Positions 50,871 through 63,722 of a stretch of DNA of 64,000 bases are shown one piece after another; within the stretch, counting starts at the first letter, position 1, and each line of letters starts with the position of its first letter. The stretch covers positions 1-64,000 of the forward strand of contig NW_021833040.1 in assembly GCF_006345805.1 (NCBI RefSeq), in the 5' to 3' direction. The stretch is from Octopus sinensis (lineage: Eukaryota). The notes under the pieces were generated by a model that saw only the letters and a program-made list of their open reading frames with translations, ran no database searches and was not told the DNA's origin. The translations under genes were made by a program, and so were the position numbers.

Positions 50871-51922
50871 CAATATATCGTTGACAAATACAAAGACATC
50901 GACAATATGAATGAAACATGCAAGCTGTTGGATATCACATATGCACTTGTGAGCGCCCGAGTTTTTCCTCCAAGAAATATATTGCCGTTCCTTTCGATTT
51001 CAATATAAATTCTTGTGCGTAACTACACTTGTACGTTTGTTTGAACGGAAATTCAAAGCGATTTGACCGATTTTACGCTGAACCATTGATAATTTTTACC
51101 ATTTTGTTCTGGTTACAGGGATGGTATTGCAATTCCTATATAAAGCAAAGAAAGGTTAGCGTATCCGAAATATTATTAGGATACATATTGTGATTTTGAT
51201 ATCATATTAGCGATAAAAAGAAAACAGTTCTTGTGTTATTGGATGAATGGTGAGTAATATACGGGGTGAATATAGTGCAATGAAATATTGGGCTCGCTTA
51301 CAGAAATTTGATAAGAAAAATCGAATAATAGATTGCATGGAAATACGGATTATAAGAAAAGTTGTGAGGATCTTGGTTGTCAATAACAATATAAACAACA
51401 ACACTAATGGAAATGCTGATGGTAATAATAATAATGATTTCATTTATTCACTACAAGGGTGAATGATGGGGGACAATACAAAAACAGAGATAAAATGTAG
51501 GGGTTTATATATAATGAAATGGTAACAAAATTGTAAGAACGTATACACGGTATACACAGAAAAAGAAGGGATATATTCACAGGAAATAAGGGTTTAAAAA
51601 AGAAAAAATTAAAAGTGGTGGGGAGTACTCAAAAATTAATATCGGTAGATGACAATTCAATAGTGTATAATAAGATGAAGTTTTATCTGAAGGTGTGGAA
51701 AGAATGGAATGAAAATAACAATGGCACCAAAAACCTTCCGGAAGTATAGAAACTTCCCAGTGCTGCACTTGGACATTCTGAAAAAAACGGGTTAATTTAA
51801 CTATTAGAGCAACCGTCCTCTCTTTATTCTTCTAATGTATGTATATGTAAACATATATAAACATATATATATGATCGTGTCGTTCGATCATATAAATGAT
51901 ACATAAATATATGCATATATAC

Positions 51923-51953
<31 letters not shown>

Positions 51954-52194
51954 AACATGTATATATACATGCATATATGGGTACAGGACCTAAAATAAAC
52001 TTTGAACACAATAGAAACCTAAACATTGAAACAAAAACATAGAAACGAACTTTCTTTCGACGAACGAAAAAACCCCCGAAGAAATGAGACATGCAACATA
52101 AAGAATATTCTCCTACATCTGTTGTCCCCTTATTGTGTTGAAGGTTTTTCTTTATGCCCTGTACCCATATATACATGTATATATGCATACATTT

Positions 52195-52235
<41 letters not shown>

Positions 52236-52325
52236 CTACATTCGAACCACGCGAGGGACAATTGACAAACTTTCAACAAATTTGCCGCAAAGGCTACACT
52301 TCTCTCTCCATCCTCTATTCTCATT

Positions 52326-53225
52326 TGAAGGGAAAATGGAAAAATGTGATGATGTCTTGTCCAGAGAGTTTCGAGTCTTACTTCTGCACTTTCAAGTTCG
52401 TCTACTACACGAACTCTTCCGATAATCCACCAGACTGATAAATAGTTCTAGTCCTTCTCGGTCAAACGAATGCGCTCCTCCGATGGCCGGATCCGCTACA
52501 TGCGTGACATAAGCTGCAGGAGATAAACCAACAAATCTCGAGGACTGGACGAGTGCGTGCAAAATAGTTTCGTTGCTCTTCGCGTATATAAAGCAAGTTC
52601 GACTGACACCACTTCTTTACCTGTTGAGTATCTACCCCAACCAATCTAGTCCAGCCAATAAAAATGCCGGGCCAGAGATTGCTGTTACTTATCTGTCGAT
52701 TCTGGTCTGAAAATTATCTTTCTTCGACGGACAATGGCGTTCCAAGATCTTTGTTATTTTATCCCTTCACTAAAACTCAGTACAATGTCAATGTAGAAAT
52801 TCCACCGAGCGCATTGCTTGACTGTAAGAGAGTTGTGGGCGCCTGATATCACTCTAGTTGCCAAACGCTCTTATTTAGTCAATGCTGTAAAGGAATCGGT
52901 AAAGGAATGAAGATCGGTCAAGCAGCGTAAAAGTTACGTTCTTATGAAAATTTATCAGGTCGGAGATTGTTTTGAATACCTCAAATATTCGGGGTTTATC
53001 CCTAACAACTGATGTCACGCATGTGGAGGATCCGGCTATTGGTCGTGTCCATTTTGAATATTTAACTGCCGCTTTCTTTTGACTGGGAAGATCTGGAAGT
53101 ATTTATCTGTCTGTCTGTCGGATTATCGGAAGATTTTTGAAGTAGACAATATGGAAAGTGCTGAAATCAGACTTCTTCCGCACGTGAGTTAAACTTTGCA
53201 ATCCAGTCGCACCCCATTTCCCTCC
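52326..53225. mobile_element. Old, diverged foldback element (~200-bp recognisable arms)
   Basis: gccggatccgctacatgcgtgacat...gataaacc (52486-52529) pairs with ggtttatc...atgtcacgcatgtggaggatccggc (52993-53036); tcttccgataatcc pairs with ggattatcggaaga. Confidence 0.75.
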
Positions 53226-53844
53226 TATGTGAGTCACTCACCAGAAACCAATTTGCTGGGGTATGTTTGAGATTTTTACAACAATCGCTCATCCCTGCAG
53301 GTAACCTGGACCTCCTTTTATAGTAAAACGGTGTATTATATTTATGCTAGGTTTCCCCAATGAAAGATAACCTTATTGCAGCCGAATTCTGGGGCGAGGC
53401 TCCCAAAACTGATGTCAGCCTATATATATCTCTTTATTTTTTACTAAGCAGAGCTCGAACTGGTCTAATACTATATTTCAAACTATTACTTTTCAAAGAG
53501 AACATTCTATACAGATTAGTTTTCTTTTGTTGCATCAAAAAGGTTTTTCCGGTATATTTAGTGTAGCCTTTCCTGGTTTCTTTTGATATATTTTTCCTGC
53601 ATCATTTAAATGTTCATCCTTGTTTATTGATAATATGACATTATATACATTAACGATTTTCTTCAAAGACATGTGTTTTGAGCGTGTGTTCAAAGCTTTG
53701 GAGCATTGTTATCACTGCTATTATTGTTTGCTTGTTTGTGGGGTGGTGATTGCGTTCACAATGCATGATTTGCCTCAACTGTTTTATATTTTGAGCTTCG
53801 TTACAACGTTGCTACTGTTTTTTTTTATATTACTATTTTTGTAA

Positions 53845-54067
53845 GGTGGTGAGCCGGCAGAATTGCTAGCACGTCGATCAAAATGCTTAGCGGCATTTTG
53901 TCCGTCCTTAGGTGATGACTTCAAATTCCGCCGAAGTCGAGATTGCATTCCGTCCTAATTTATCGACCCCAGAAGTATGAAAAGTGAACTGGGCTTCGGC
54001 GGAATTTGAACGAGGTGGCAGGCAAAATACCGCCAGGCGTTTTAATAATTTTGCCAGTTTGGCACCT
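53845..54067. mobile_element. Two partial family C SINEs in inverted (tail-to-tail) orientation
   Basis: Plus copy 53845-~53950 directly followed by minus copy ~53955-54067. Confidence 0.8.
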
Positions 54068-54075
54068 TGATGATG

Positions 54076-54119
<44 letters not shown>

Positions 54120-55014
54120 CCTTCCTACTATAAGCCACTTGTTTTTAGAACACGATGTAATTCAGTAACATTTGTCCCCTCACATGAATAGCATTTTCGC
54201 TGCTATACGGAAAGTCTCATTCGCTGGAGTAGGAATAAATAATGTAAGAATGTAAGCTGGAAGAAATATCGTTTGACATATTTTTCTGTAATTCTTTAAA
54301 TCCCTAACAAGTGCTGGGGTCGATGTGTTAGACCATCCCTCTCCTCTAAAATTCTAGGCCTTTTGCCTATAGTAGAAAGGATATTATTAGTTCTGTAAGG
54401 CGGCCAGTTGGCAGAATCGTTAACAGGTTGGATGAAAAACTTAGCGGTGTGTCGCTCTGAGTTCAAATTCCGCTGAGGTCGATTTGTCCTTCATCCTTTA
54501 GGGGATGATAAACTAAGTACCAATCCTGGTATAAAAGATGAGCTAGAGCAAATACTCGGCTCGATACTACAGATTTGCTTGGCAGTTTCTTGACGTTAAC
54601 CAGTTGAGTATGTCTCCTAGTGTCTGATGATATATGCATCTCTGATCACAAGCAGAGGAAGTGTCATAGCTATGTTTTGAGAGCAATTCTTTGGATTATG
54701 AACAGTTCACTTCTGCGAACATGCATGTTTCGGCTATCATATTTAAACCAACCTTATTAAGGGGGATGCGCGACTCGCCCGGAAGAAAATCTTAACTGAG
54801 CCCCACCTACAAGTTCATGCGCTGTTGATCTTGATATGAGATCACAATGTCGCGCACATATGGTTGTTATGCATGTGCCTGGTGTACCCTTATCAGACGG
54901 GTAGTCACGATGGGTATATATCTATCCGCATATTTGTACGGGCATGTTTGTACCCGCATGTAATTTTGATTCATGCAATGCTCTCTCACTTAATGATAAT
55001 AATAATAATAATAA

Positions 55015-55213
55015 TAATCATTTCCGATAAAGGCGCAAGGCCTGAAATTTGGTGGGAGGGGGCCAGCCGATTAGATCGATCTAAGTTCGCAACTGGTACT
55101 TAATTTATCGACCCCACAAGGAGGAAAGGCAAACTCGACTGCGGCGGAATTTGAACGTAGCGGCAGACGAAATACCGCCCGAAGTTTTAACGATTCTGCC
55201 TGCTCGGCGCCTT
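55015..55213 (-). mobile_element. SINE family C (C2 tail)
   Basis: aggcgcaaggcctgaaatttggtgggagggggccagccgattagatcg...ttctgcctgctcggcgcc. Confidence 0.85.
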
Positions 55214-55484
55214 GATAATAATAATAATAATCCTTCCTACTAAACGCCACACGTTTTTAGAGTAACACGTGTTCCTTCACATGAATAGCGTTTTCGCTGT
55301 TATACGGAAAGTCTCATTCGCTGGAGTAGGAATAAATAATGTAAGAATGTAAGCTAGAAGAAATATCGTTTGACATATTTTTCTGTAGTTTTTATATCCC
55401 TGGAAGCTCGTGAAAACGATGATGTTTCTGTTGAGATGATGTTGAAGGAAAGCAACAAGGGGTCGTCGATGATGACAGCGAAGA

Positions 55485-55960
55485 AGAGAGAGAAGAAGTG
55501 AATGAAGAGAAAGAAGGGAAAAAAGAGAAAGAAGAGAAAAAAGAAGAGAAAAACAGAGAAAGAAGAGAGAGAAACAAGAGAGAAAGAAAAAGAGGAAGAA
55601 GAGAAAGATGAAGAGAAAGAAGAGAAAAAAGAAGGGAAAGAAAACGAGGAAAAGAGAAAGATGAGGAGAAAGAAAAGAAAGAAAAGGAAGAATTAGAGAG
55701 AAAGAAGAGAAAGAAGAAGAGAGACAGAATAAAGAAGAGAAAGAAAAGAAAGAAGAGAGAAAGAAGAAGACGAAGAGATAGAAGAGGGAAAAGAGAAAGA
55801 GGAAGAGAAAAAGAATTGAAAAGAAAAGAGAAAGAATAAAGAAGAGAACGAAATAGAGAGAAGAAGAGAAAGAAGTGAAGAAGAGGAAGAAGAGACCAAA
55901 GAAGAAAAGAGAAAGAAGAATAGAAAGAAGAGGCTGATGATGATAAAAAGATGAAAATAT
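55485..55960. repeat. Nearly pure polypurine (GAA/GAG/AAA) tract followed by (AAT)n
   Basis: Direct inspection. Confidence 0.92.
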
Positions 55961-56010
55961 GGGAAACGAGTGATGATGATGATGAGGACAAAAAGGCGAA
56001 ACAAATGAGA

Positions 56011-56052
<42 letters not shown>

Positions 56053-57800
56053 GAAGGAGGAGGAGGGGAGAAGAGGTGGAGGAAGAATGTTAGTTTCATT
56101 TATATGCCACGTGTGCACACGATGTTACACGATATTGCAATAACCGATTATGAAAATGATTTGGATTTACAGAGAATCGATTATCAGAATCATAGAAAAA
56201 GGCCTGGGATGAAAAATAGCTGTATGTAATGAGACAACCCATTAGGTGGCCAATCTAAGAAACGCCACAGATCCAAGATTAACTTGACGACCAGTAATAA
56301 AGGTTTCTTTTGTTATTATATTCATTTATGTAAATATATTTCATATTTATAATAAAGTCTTTTAGACCAATCATATGTTTTCCTGTCACGTTGACAATGA
56401 CATTAACTTCTGTACTAGATATGTTAATAGCTAAATGGAATAAACTTCTATCTACCTAACAGAAAATTGGACAGCAGAAGATGTGTGCATGGCTGTAAAT
56501 AACACATATTAATAAAGAAACCAATATGATAAGAACGCTGTCATATAGAAAAGAATGTACATACTGTGTGTATTGATTACAATGAAACATCAATGATAGT
56601 GTTTCATATCCACGGACACTTGGATCAATGAAGAAGCATAAATAAATACCACTATTCATAGAATTCAGGAAAAACTAGCATACTTAAAATAGAAAAATAC
56701 ATATATATATGTATAAGTTAGAAGAAAGATAGTCGTAAATTCAGAAATCAGTCAATCTCAAGTTACATCGGAAAAGAAATGTTTTTTCTCAACTGTTCTC
56801 GGTTTTCTGGCTCACTGCCTTATTCGGTGCAATCCTACGTTGCCGAGTGTATAATGACGTGTTGAAAGGTGTCAAAATTTACTAAACTCGTCCATGTGGA
56901 CGACGAGAAATTTTATGACAGCTGAGAAAAGTTGATAGCAAAGATACCGTTCGTTGCAAAATGTTATGGCTCCGACATCAAATTGAAATCAATAATTCTC
57001 TGTGCGTTAATTTCAGTAAATTTAGGATCAATGCATATAAATCATGGCTACCTTCAGTATTTCCTCTTCCGAAATTGTGTACATTTTGACTAGAGCATAA
57101 CAGGGTAATAGAAGTTTTGATAGGGATTTTGGTGATACTTTTTACAGATTGAGGGATCTTTTAAAACACCCTACCAAATTCATCACGAAAATGAATTGTT
57201 GTGCATTCCGTCAAGTGAGCTTACCCCAACTAAATAAACAAATAAAAATACAATAAATACTTGATAATCAATAAACTATGCAATAAACGATTTAGTAATA
57301 TAAGCTAATTATAGATATATAATTATCAATTTCAAAATTAGAGTTATGATAATTTAGCAGATATAGCAGAAATGTGGTGCCGCTCATGTAATTTGAAAAT
57401 CCTCTCGAATTGTGTCATTAAAGCAGTGAATGCAATTTTGAAGATATGCAGCTCAATGCTAAAGCAAAGATAGAGTTTTAGAATGAATACCTGAAGCAGA
57501 TCAATAGATTAATGTTAGTATGTTCAAAATCCGACGAGTGTCATAGCATTAGCTGTTGTTATAATATTCAGTTCACCTGTCATCATATCCTACCTCCTAA
57601 TATGAATAGAAATACATGAAATAATGTAGATATAATTGTCTGACAAAGGGCGAAATATTTAGGATTAGAACTCTTTATCTAACAGTCTGTTTGAGTACGG
57701 CTGGCAGTGAGTAGTATTAGACCCTGTAAGCAACACTCTACATAGTCGCTCGACTTCCTGAATGAAGTTTTAACTTGAAGTGTGGTTATATAAAACAAAT

Positions 57801-58007
57801 TCACGCCAGGCGAAATGCGTAGCCGTATTTCGTCTGTCGTTACGTTCCGAGTTCAAATTCCGCCGAGGTCGACTTTGCTTGTCATCCTTTCGTGGTCGAT
57901 AAATTAAGTACCAGTTACGCACTGGCGGCGATGTAATCGACTTAATCCCTTTGTCTGTCCTTGTTTGTCCCCCCTGTGTTCAGCCCCTTGTGGGTATTAA
58001 AGAAATA
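57801..58007 (+). mobile_element. SINE family C (C1), 5' truncated, 14-bp TSD
   Basis: tatataaaacaaat at 57787-57800 and 58012-58025. Confidence 0.93.
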
Positions 58008-58864
58008 TATATATATAAAACAAATCTTGTAAATGTATGAGAACACAATTTTACCTTAGAAAAAGATATTTGCATCAAATTTTGACACAAGGATTCACAA
58101 TTTAACGGAAGAATTTATAGATTTACAGTCAGACCGGTATATCATATTGTCTACACGGAATGAATGAAAAATAAACTTCAGCTCAGCGGGATTGGAACTC
58201 AATATATATTTGGAACAAATGCTGCTTGTCATTTTGTCTACGAGTTAACAATACTAGCATATTTTGGCAAGATCGGCAATTTTGAGGAGATAATGGTCAT
58301 CCATACCTACTCCCTCGTATTTGAATCGTACTTTGTTTTATGGACCGTGCAAGGATTGAAGTGAACGCTTAATACTGCATTAAATGTTAAAGAATCGGAT
58401 GGAATACTGTTTGGTAATTTGTCCAACACTTTAACGTTTCTGCAAGACTGCTTCCTTGCATTAGAAAATAATGTCAAGGAAACTATCAAACTTTACCGTG
58501 GGTAACAGAAAACTTTGCGTTCGATGCCACAATTATAACATTCTGTATAACAGAGAAATTACATTGTCCCACGAGAGACGGGCTATAAAACGGCTTCAGA
58601 AAAGTGCAGGCAAATAAATATCAACATAGCAAGATGCTTACATTTATATTCGGAACTAAATTTGGAAGGAAAATAGCTGGAATTAAAACGTATTATTGGG
58701 CACTATTCTATTAGATAACAAAGGCAAAGAAAAACCAAACAGAAGATGAAAGAGGATAGTGAAATAAAGAATATATTATTCAATAAAAAATGCTGAAAAG
58801 AGATGTAATGGGAGTTAAATGAACAAGGACAAGACAAAATACGACTTTACTATAAAATAATATA

Positions 58865-59118
58865 AAATAAATGCGCCCTTTTAAAGCCTAGCCAGGCTCA
58901 TGGGCTCTGTTTCCCGGTTTCTATGGCGTACGTCTTCCCCAGCTGGACGGGACGTCAGTCCATCGCAGCCTTACTCATTTTTGCCAGCTGAGTAGACTGG
59001 AGCAACGTGGAATGAAGTGTTTTGCTCATGAACAAAACGCGTCGCTCGGTCCAGGAATCGAAACCACAATCTTACGATCATGATGCTGACACACTAACCA
59101 CTAAGCCACGTGCCGCCA
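58865..59118 (-). mobile_element. SINE family D (tRNA head plus CORE-like domain), full length
   Basis: Minus strand ggcacgtggcttagtggttagtgtgtcagcatcatgatcgtaagattgtggtttcgattcc...cagctggcaaaaatgagtaaggctgcgatggactgacgtcccgtccag. Confidence 0.9.
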
Positions 59119-59329
59119 CACGACCTTTCTATATGTAACGATATTTCTGCTTATTAATGTTGAGTGAGAAACACCAAACGGGAACAACCTAAATAAATAT
59201 ATAAATAGAAATGGAATAAGATGATTATTATGGAATAAGAAATTAGAACGGTTGATATTGCAACCGCGTCAAATTAGAGATGATTTGAAAGATTACAGCA
59301 AATAAGAAATTCCAACGTTCCAATAACAA

Positions 59330-61420
59330 CATTTGTGATAATGCATTCCTGGCTGTCTCAAACTTAACTAAAACCAACTCAAATATCTATGGCATTAATC
59401 TAAGTATTATATTTACAAATGAAATGGGTTACTCCCTCAGATGTTCTCAAATAGAAATATCAATACCCACAAGATCACAAGAATCAAATATGCAAAACCA
59501 GATATAAAGTATAAGAAAATTATTTCAATACTTAATGAAATCAATAACAATTCGTCACAGCCGAAAAAATGCTCCAAGAGAAAGACCGATCCAACAGAAT
59601 TGTAATATAACAATGAAAGAAACGAAATCAAGCTGAAAGACAAGATCCTCGATAAATAGGAATGAATCTGTAGAAGAAACTATGAAGTTTGCTCACACAT
59701 TGTTCCACTGCAACTCAAAACGATCTTTAGAGAGCACTTGGTAAAAATACAAATCAATACGATATCAACAACAGTAGATGAATTCCGGGGAGAAGAGATA
59801 TGCATTAAATCTCAATATTGATCGAATCAAACGGTACGGATTATGGAGAATAGTTGGAGGTCACAAAAAACCAAACTTGTCCACATAATTCGCCGATCAA
59901 ACATCTCGAAAGCGCCGAGATATCACAATTTTTCAATCACTCTGCTTAAAATAGTTAACATAGTCATAAATGTGCTTGCAAATATGTGTAATTAGATACT
60001 GACGCTGCCTGAGACGACGCGTGATTGACTCTACGATGAAGAAATCAGCAATCACAAAAAAAAAAAACAAATTCTGAAATCTATAGATCCATAACTGGAC
60101 GTCCAGCAAAAAAGAATGACTTAAATGCAATATAATATCTCAGTAAATAAATGGATATAATCATCCCTGCTTGAAGACCAGCGGCTGAAAATGATGTTTC
60201 CAAGGTGCATATAGCTGTAAATATAAATTATTATTCATTAAAATCTTAACCAAAGACTGCAGTTAGAGAAGAATTTGAGTAAGTGTAGCATGAACCCCAG
60301 AGAGCTTTCCACAATATTACATACATGGAGATCCAGAAAGAAGCACAGCGGTAAGGCAACAGGAAGAACGAGGATACATGAAACGCTTCATGAGTAATTG
60401 ACAATGGATTTTGCAGGTACCAACAAAAAGGGGAATATTATAAAGAAAAAACTGCGTCGCTATTAAAATAAAATATTCCAAGTAGACTCACTTTTCATCT
60501 TTCTGAGTGACATTTAAATTTTTAGCCGACATTATAAACAAAAAAGGGTTCCGTACAAGCGTCATGACCATATCTAGGATATCAAACACTTCACTGCAAA
60601 CAATAAATTTGTTTAAGAGAGAAACAGATATGAAACTCAGATTAGAAAATGTATGCTAAAGCAACTTCAAAAACAGCATACGAAAACTACTATTATACTT
60701 GATAAAGAAAATAACATGCGATCTGATAATTCATTGACGTGCGAATAGTTAGGAGTCAATGGACATGGCAATTCAAAACATACACAAATACAATTAAACA
60801 TTACAAAGGCATGTTTCAGTCTCATTTGATCATTACTGAATGCAAAAGGACGAGGGAAATAAAGTAACTGGCAGAAATATCTTTACGTCTCCGGAATAAA
60901 GTATGGTCCTCATTTTCATAATCGGATACTAAAGAAATTGTGGAGGCGCAATGGCCCAGTGGTTAGGGCAGCGGACTCGTGGTCGTAGGATCGCGGTTTC
61001 GATTCCCAGACCGGGCGTTGTGAGTGTTTATTGAGCGAAAACATCTAAAGCTCCACGAGGCTCCGGCAGGGGATGGTGGTGATCCCGGCTGTACTCTTTC
61101 ACCACAACTTTCTCTCACTCTTACTTCCTGTTTCTGTTGTACCTGTATTTCAAAGGGCCTGCCTCGTCACTCTCTGTGTCACGCTGAATATCCCCGAGAA
61201 CTACGTTAAGGGTACACGTGTCTGTGGAGTGCTCAGCCACTTACACGTTAATTTCACGAGCAGGCTGTTCCGTTGATCGGATCAACCGGAACCCTCGTCG
61301 TCGTAACCGACGGAGTGCTTCCACTAAAGAAATTAGCAAGATTAGATTAGAAAAATAACAAAGGCAATATAGAATATACCATCCGAATATTTAGATACGA
61401 AGTTCGTTTGATGCAAACAC
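59330..61420 (+). mobile_element. Heavily degraded R4/Dong-clade LINE, reverse transcriptase region
   Basis: Frameshifted motifs YRSIT, CKYKLLFIKI, NLS...RAFHNI.HTW, FKRETDMKLRLEN, LGV, ARLD, in the order of R4/Dong RT motifs (YRPITC, GCKDQLLI, NLS.AWIDY.KAFDS.PH.W, FS.DIGM.FGLDKC, YKYLG). Confidence 0.7.
60940..61323 (+). mobile_element. SINE family A1, full length, inserted in the LINE remnant, 11-12 bp TSD
   Basis: ctaaagaaatt at 60929-60939 and 61324-61334. Confidence 0.95.
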
Positions 61421-62319
61421 AGGGACTTAAGGACTTTAATGTAGGTCGAAAATTGTTTAAAATATTCACCGTTTGAAAACATTTTCAGTACATGAATGAA
61501 GACAAACTAAAAACACATACACGCCCCTCCCGACACAGACACTTAACCCACTCACACGACTCAAAGTCATTTTGCCTTCATTAAAGCACACATTTATTAA
61601 ATAAAGGCTGTAAATGTGAAAAATAAAACAAAAATTAAAGCTACACATGGCCCGACAAAACCCCATGAAAAATCTTTTGTGTGAAGAACCCCCATGAGCC
61701 ATAACTAAAAACAACTGAACAAAGTGAATGTAAACGTTGGAAACACGATGCCGAATGGAAAACTGAAATTGTAGATTCTCCCTTCTAAACTTCTTGCATA
61801 ATATGAATGACTCCCGACCAGGAAACAGCGAAGGAACAAAAGTAACAGAATGCATTACTTCTAGACTCCATAAAAAAGAAGAGAGGATTGAGTTTCCTTA
61901 CTGAAGCCTCGTGTCGATTAGAGAAAACGTTCAGTTATACTCGCCACTAAACATAATTTCGATGTAAGTAGTAGTGTTAACCAAGCCCTTTGACACAAAG
62001 AAGGAGCTGAGAAGCCCTGCTAGCATTCCATCCACACCAATTTAATCTCGGTCAGCATTTGACCCTGGATTATAGTTCGATCTGAGAAATGAATATAAAA
62101 AAACATGTCAAGCAATCAGTAAGTAAATGTGCCAATCGCCAATGAAACTTTATGCTTCAGTCGCTGTAGTAGGTTGCACATCATCAGCGACGACATACAA
62201 AGCCCACCACGCAGTGGTTTCCAACAGGAAAATTTCGTAAGCTCTAGAAATTATAATAAATCTCTAAACGAGGTATAAACAGTAACTGCACGACAACGTG
62301 AGTTATGTTTGCCATCTCA

Positions 62320-62477
62320 ATATGGCTAACCACTAAGGGTGGGTGTTACTGTAGCTTGTAGCCCCAGGAGAACATCGTCTCCAGCAGGCTTTAGGCACAC
62401 TTTCTGAGCCAGCTGGAGACGTTGTTCTCCTGGGGCTACAAGCTACAGTAACACCCACCCTTAGTGATTCGCCATAT
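62320..62477. repeat. Near-perfect hairpin, ~70-bp arms, ~16-nt loop
   Basis: atatggctaaccactaagggtggg...ccagcaggct vs agccagctgg...cccacccttagtgattcgccatat, about 4 mismatches. Confidence 0.95.
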
Positions 62478-63503
62478 ATCTAGAAATTATGTTTTTCGGA
62501 AAACATAAATATAAACATATATAACACTCGCCCCGATCTCGAACTTGCAGGAGACGAAGCGAAGCACAACTTCCACTCAATAAACTGAAACACGAAAGGT
62601 GTAGGCGTTAGCCGCCTCTGCTTGACCTTCGAATGAGGCAATTAGCACTTACATCTCTCAAGAGATAGTAATCGAATCTTCAGTCAAGAAACATTGATTG
62701 ACCTGCACAGCATATCGAGTTGGAAGTCTATAAAATTATCTTGGTTTAGGCTGATGGTGGCATCAAGTATTATGGTACCGTTTAGCTATACTTTCATAGA
62801 GTTCCACATAATTGAGCCGACATCATTTGTTTATCCCGACACGGTAACCTAGCAACTAATATCGAGCTCAGTGCCCATGGATAATTGCACAAAGGTCAAA
62901 CGCGAAGTTGCAGTTTTGCACTGAAACAGGCTGCACCTAAGACAGCTGAAAAGGAATGATGGAAGGCTCTGATGAGAATGTTCGATTGTTCAATATATAT
63001 CCAGCCACCACAGAAATCTACTTTGCTGCCCATTTTGTTTGGATGACTCAAATTAGGTTAAGACATTGTTACGTAAAGACCTTCTTACATGAAACCAATA
63101 ATAATTATATCGAAAGCAAGAAATTTGTGCTAAGCATTTGAGTCAATTACACCATCAGCTTTATTTGACTGTTCCAATTCTTTGTTTTGAGTACCTGTTA
63201 TTATCTAGGGCCGATAAACAAAAAGCAGCCGGCGACTGGTGTTTATCAAATCGAGTAACACAAATCCCACTCGAATATTTCATACCTGAAAGATAAGAGA
63301 GAAAACATTTATTCACTACGGTCAAACTTCCGTTCCATTCTATTCTTTTACTGTCCACAATATAAGGTACATGTCATATACTGATTTTGATTCAATCGCT
63401 CAATCACATTCTTTCCATCACACTGGTGTTTATTATTACAAACTTCATAGAAACTTTTCCTTTTTTTTCGCATTATTATTATTATTATTATTACTATTAT
63501 TAT

Positions 63504-63722
63504 GGCGAGCTAGCTGAATCGTTAACACGCCGGGAAAAATGCTTAGCGTTATTTTGCCCGTCTTTACGATCTCAGTTCAAATCACACCGAAGTCAACTTT
63601 GCCTTTCATATCTTCGAGATCGATACATTAAGTACCAGTTGAACATTGGGGTCGATATAATCGACTTAATCCCTCCCCAAAACTTTCAGGCCCTGTGTCT
63701 ATATTACAAAGGATTATTATTA
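63504..63722 (+). mobile_element. SINE family C (C2 tail, (ATT)n end)
   Basis: ggcgagctagctgaatcgttaacacgccggg...ccctccccaaaactttcaggccctgtgtc...attattatt. Confidence 0.88.

Noticed and set aside
52664-53100. DIRS-like or zinc-finger-like peptide (IPPSALL, CHACGGSG)
   Set aside because: The resemblance is weak, and the sequence is better explained as the arms of a foldback element.
55392-56118. K/E/R-rich and F/S/L-rich ORFs
   Set aside because: They are products of the polypurine tract, with frequent frame switches.
61466-61855. 129-aa minus-strand ORF
   Set aside because: No recognisable domain, and only weak splice signals.
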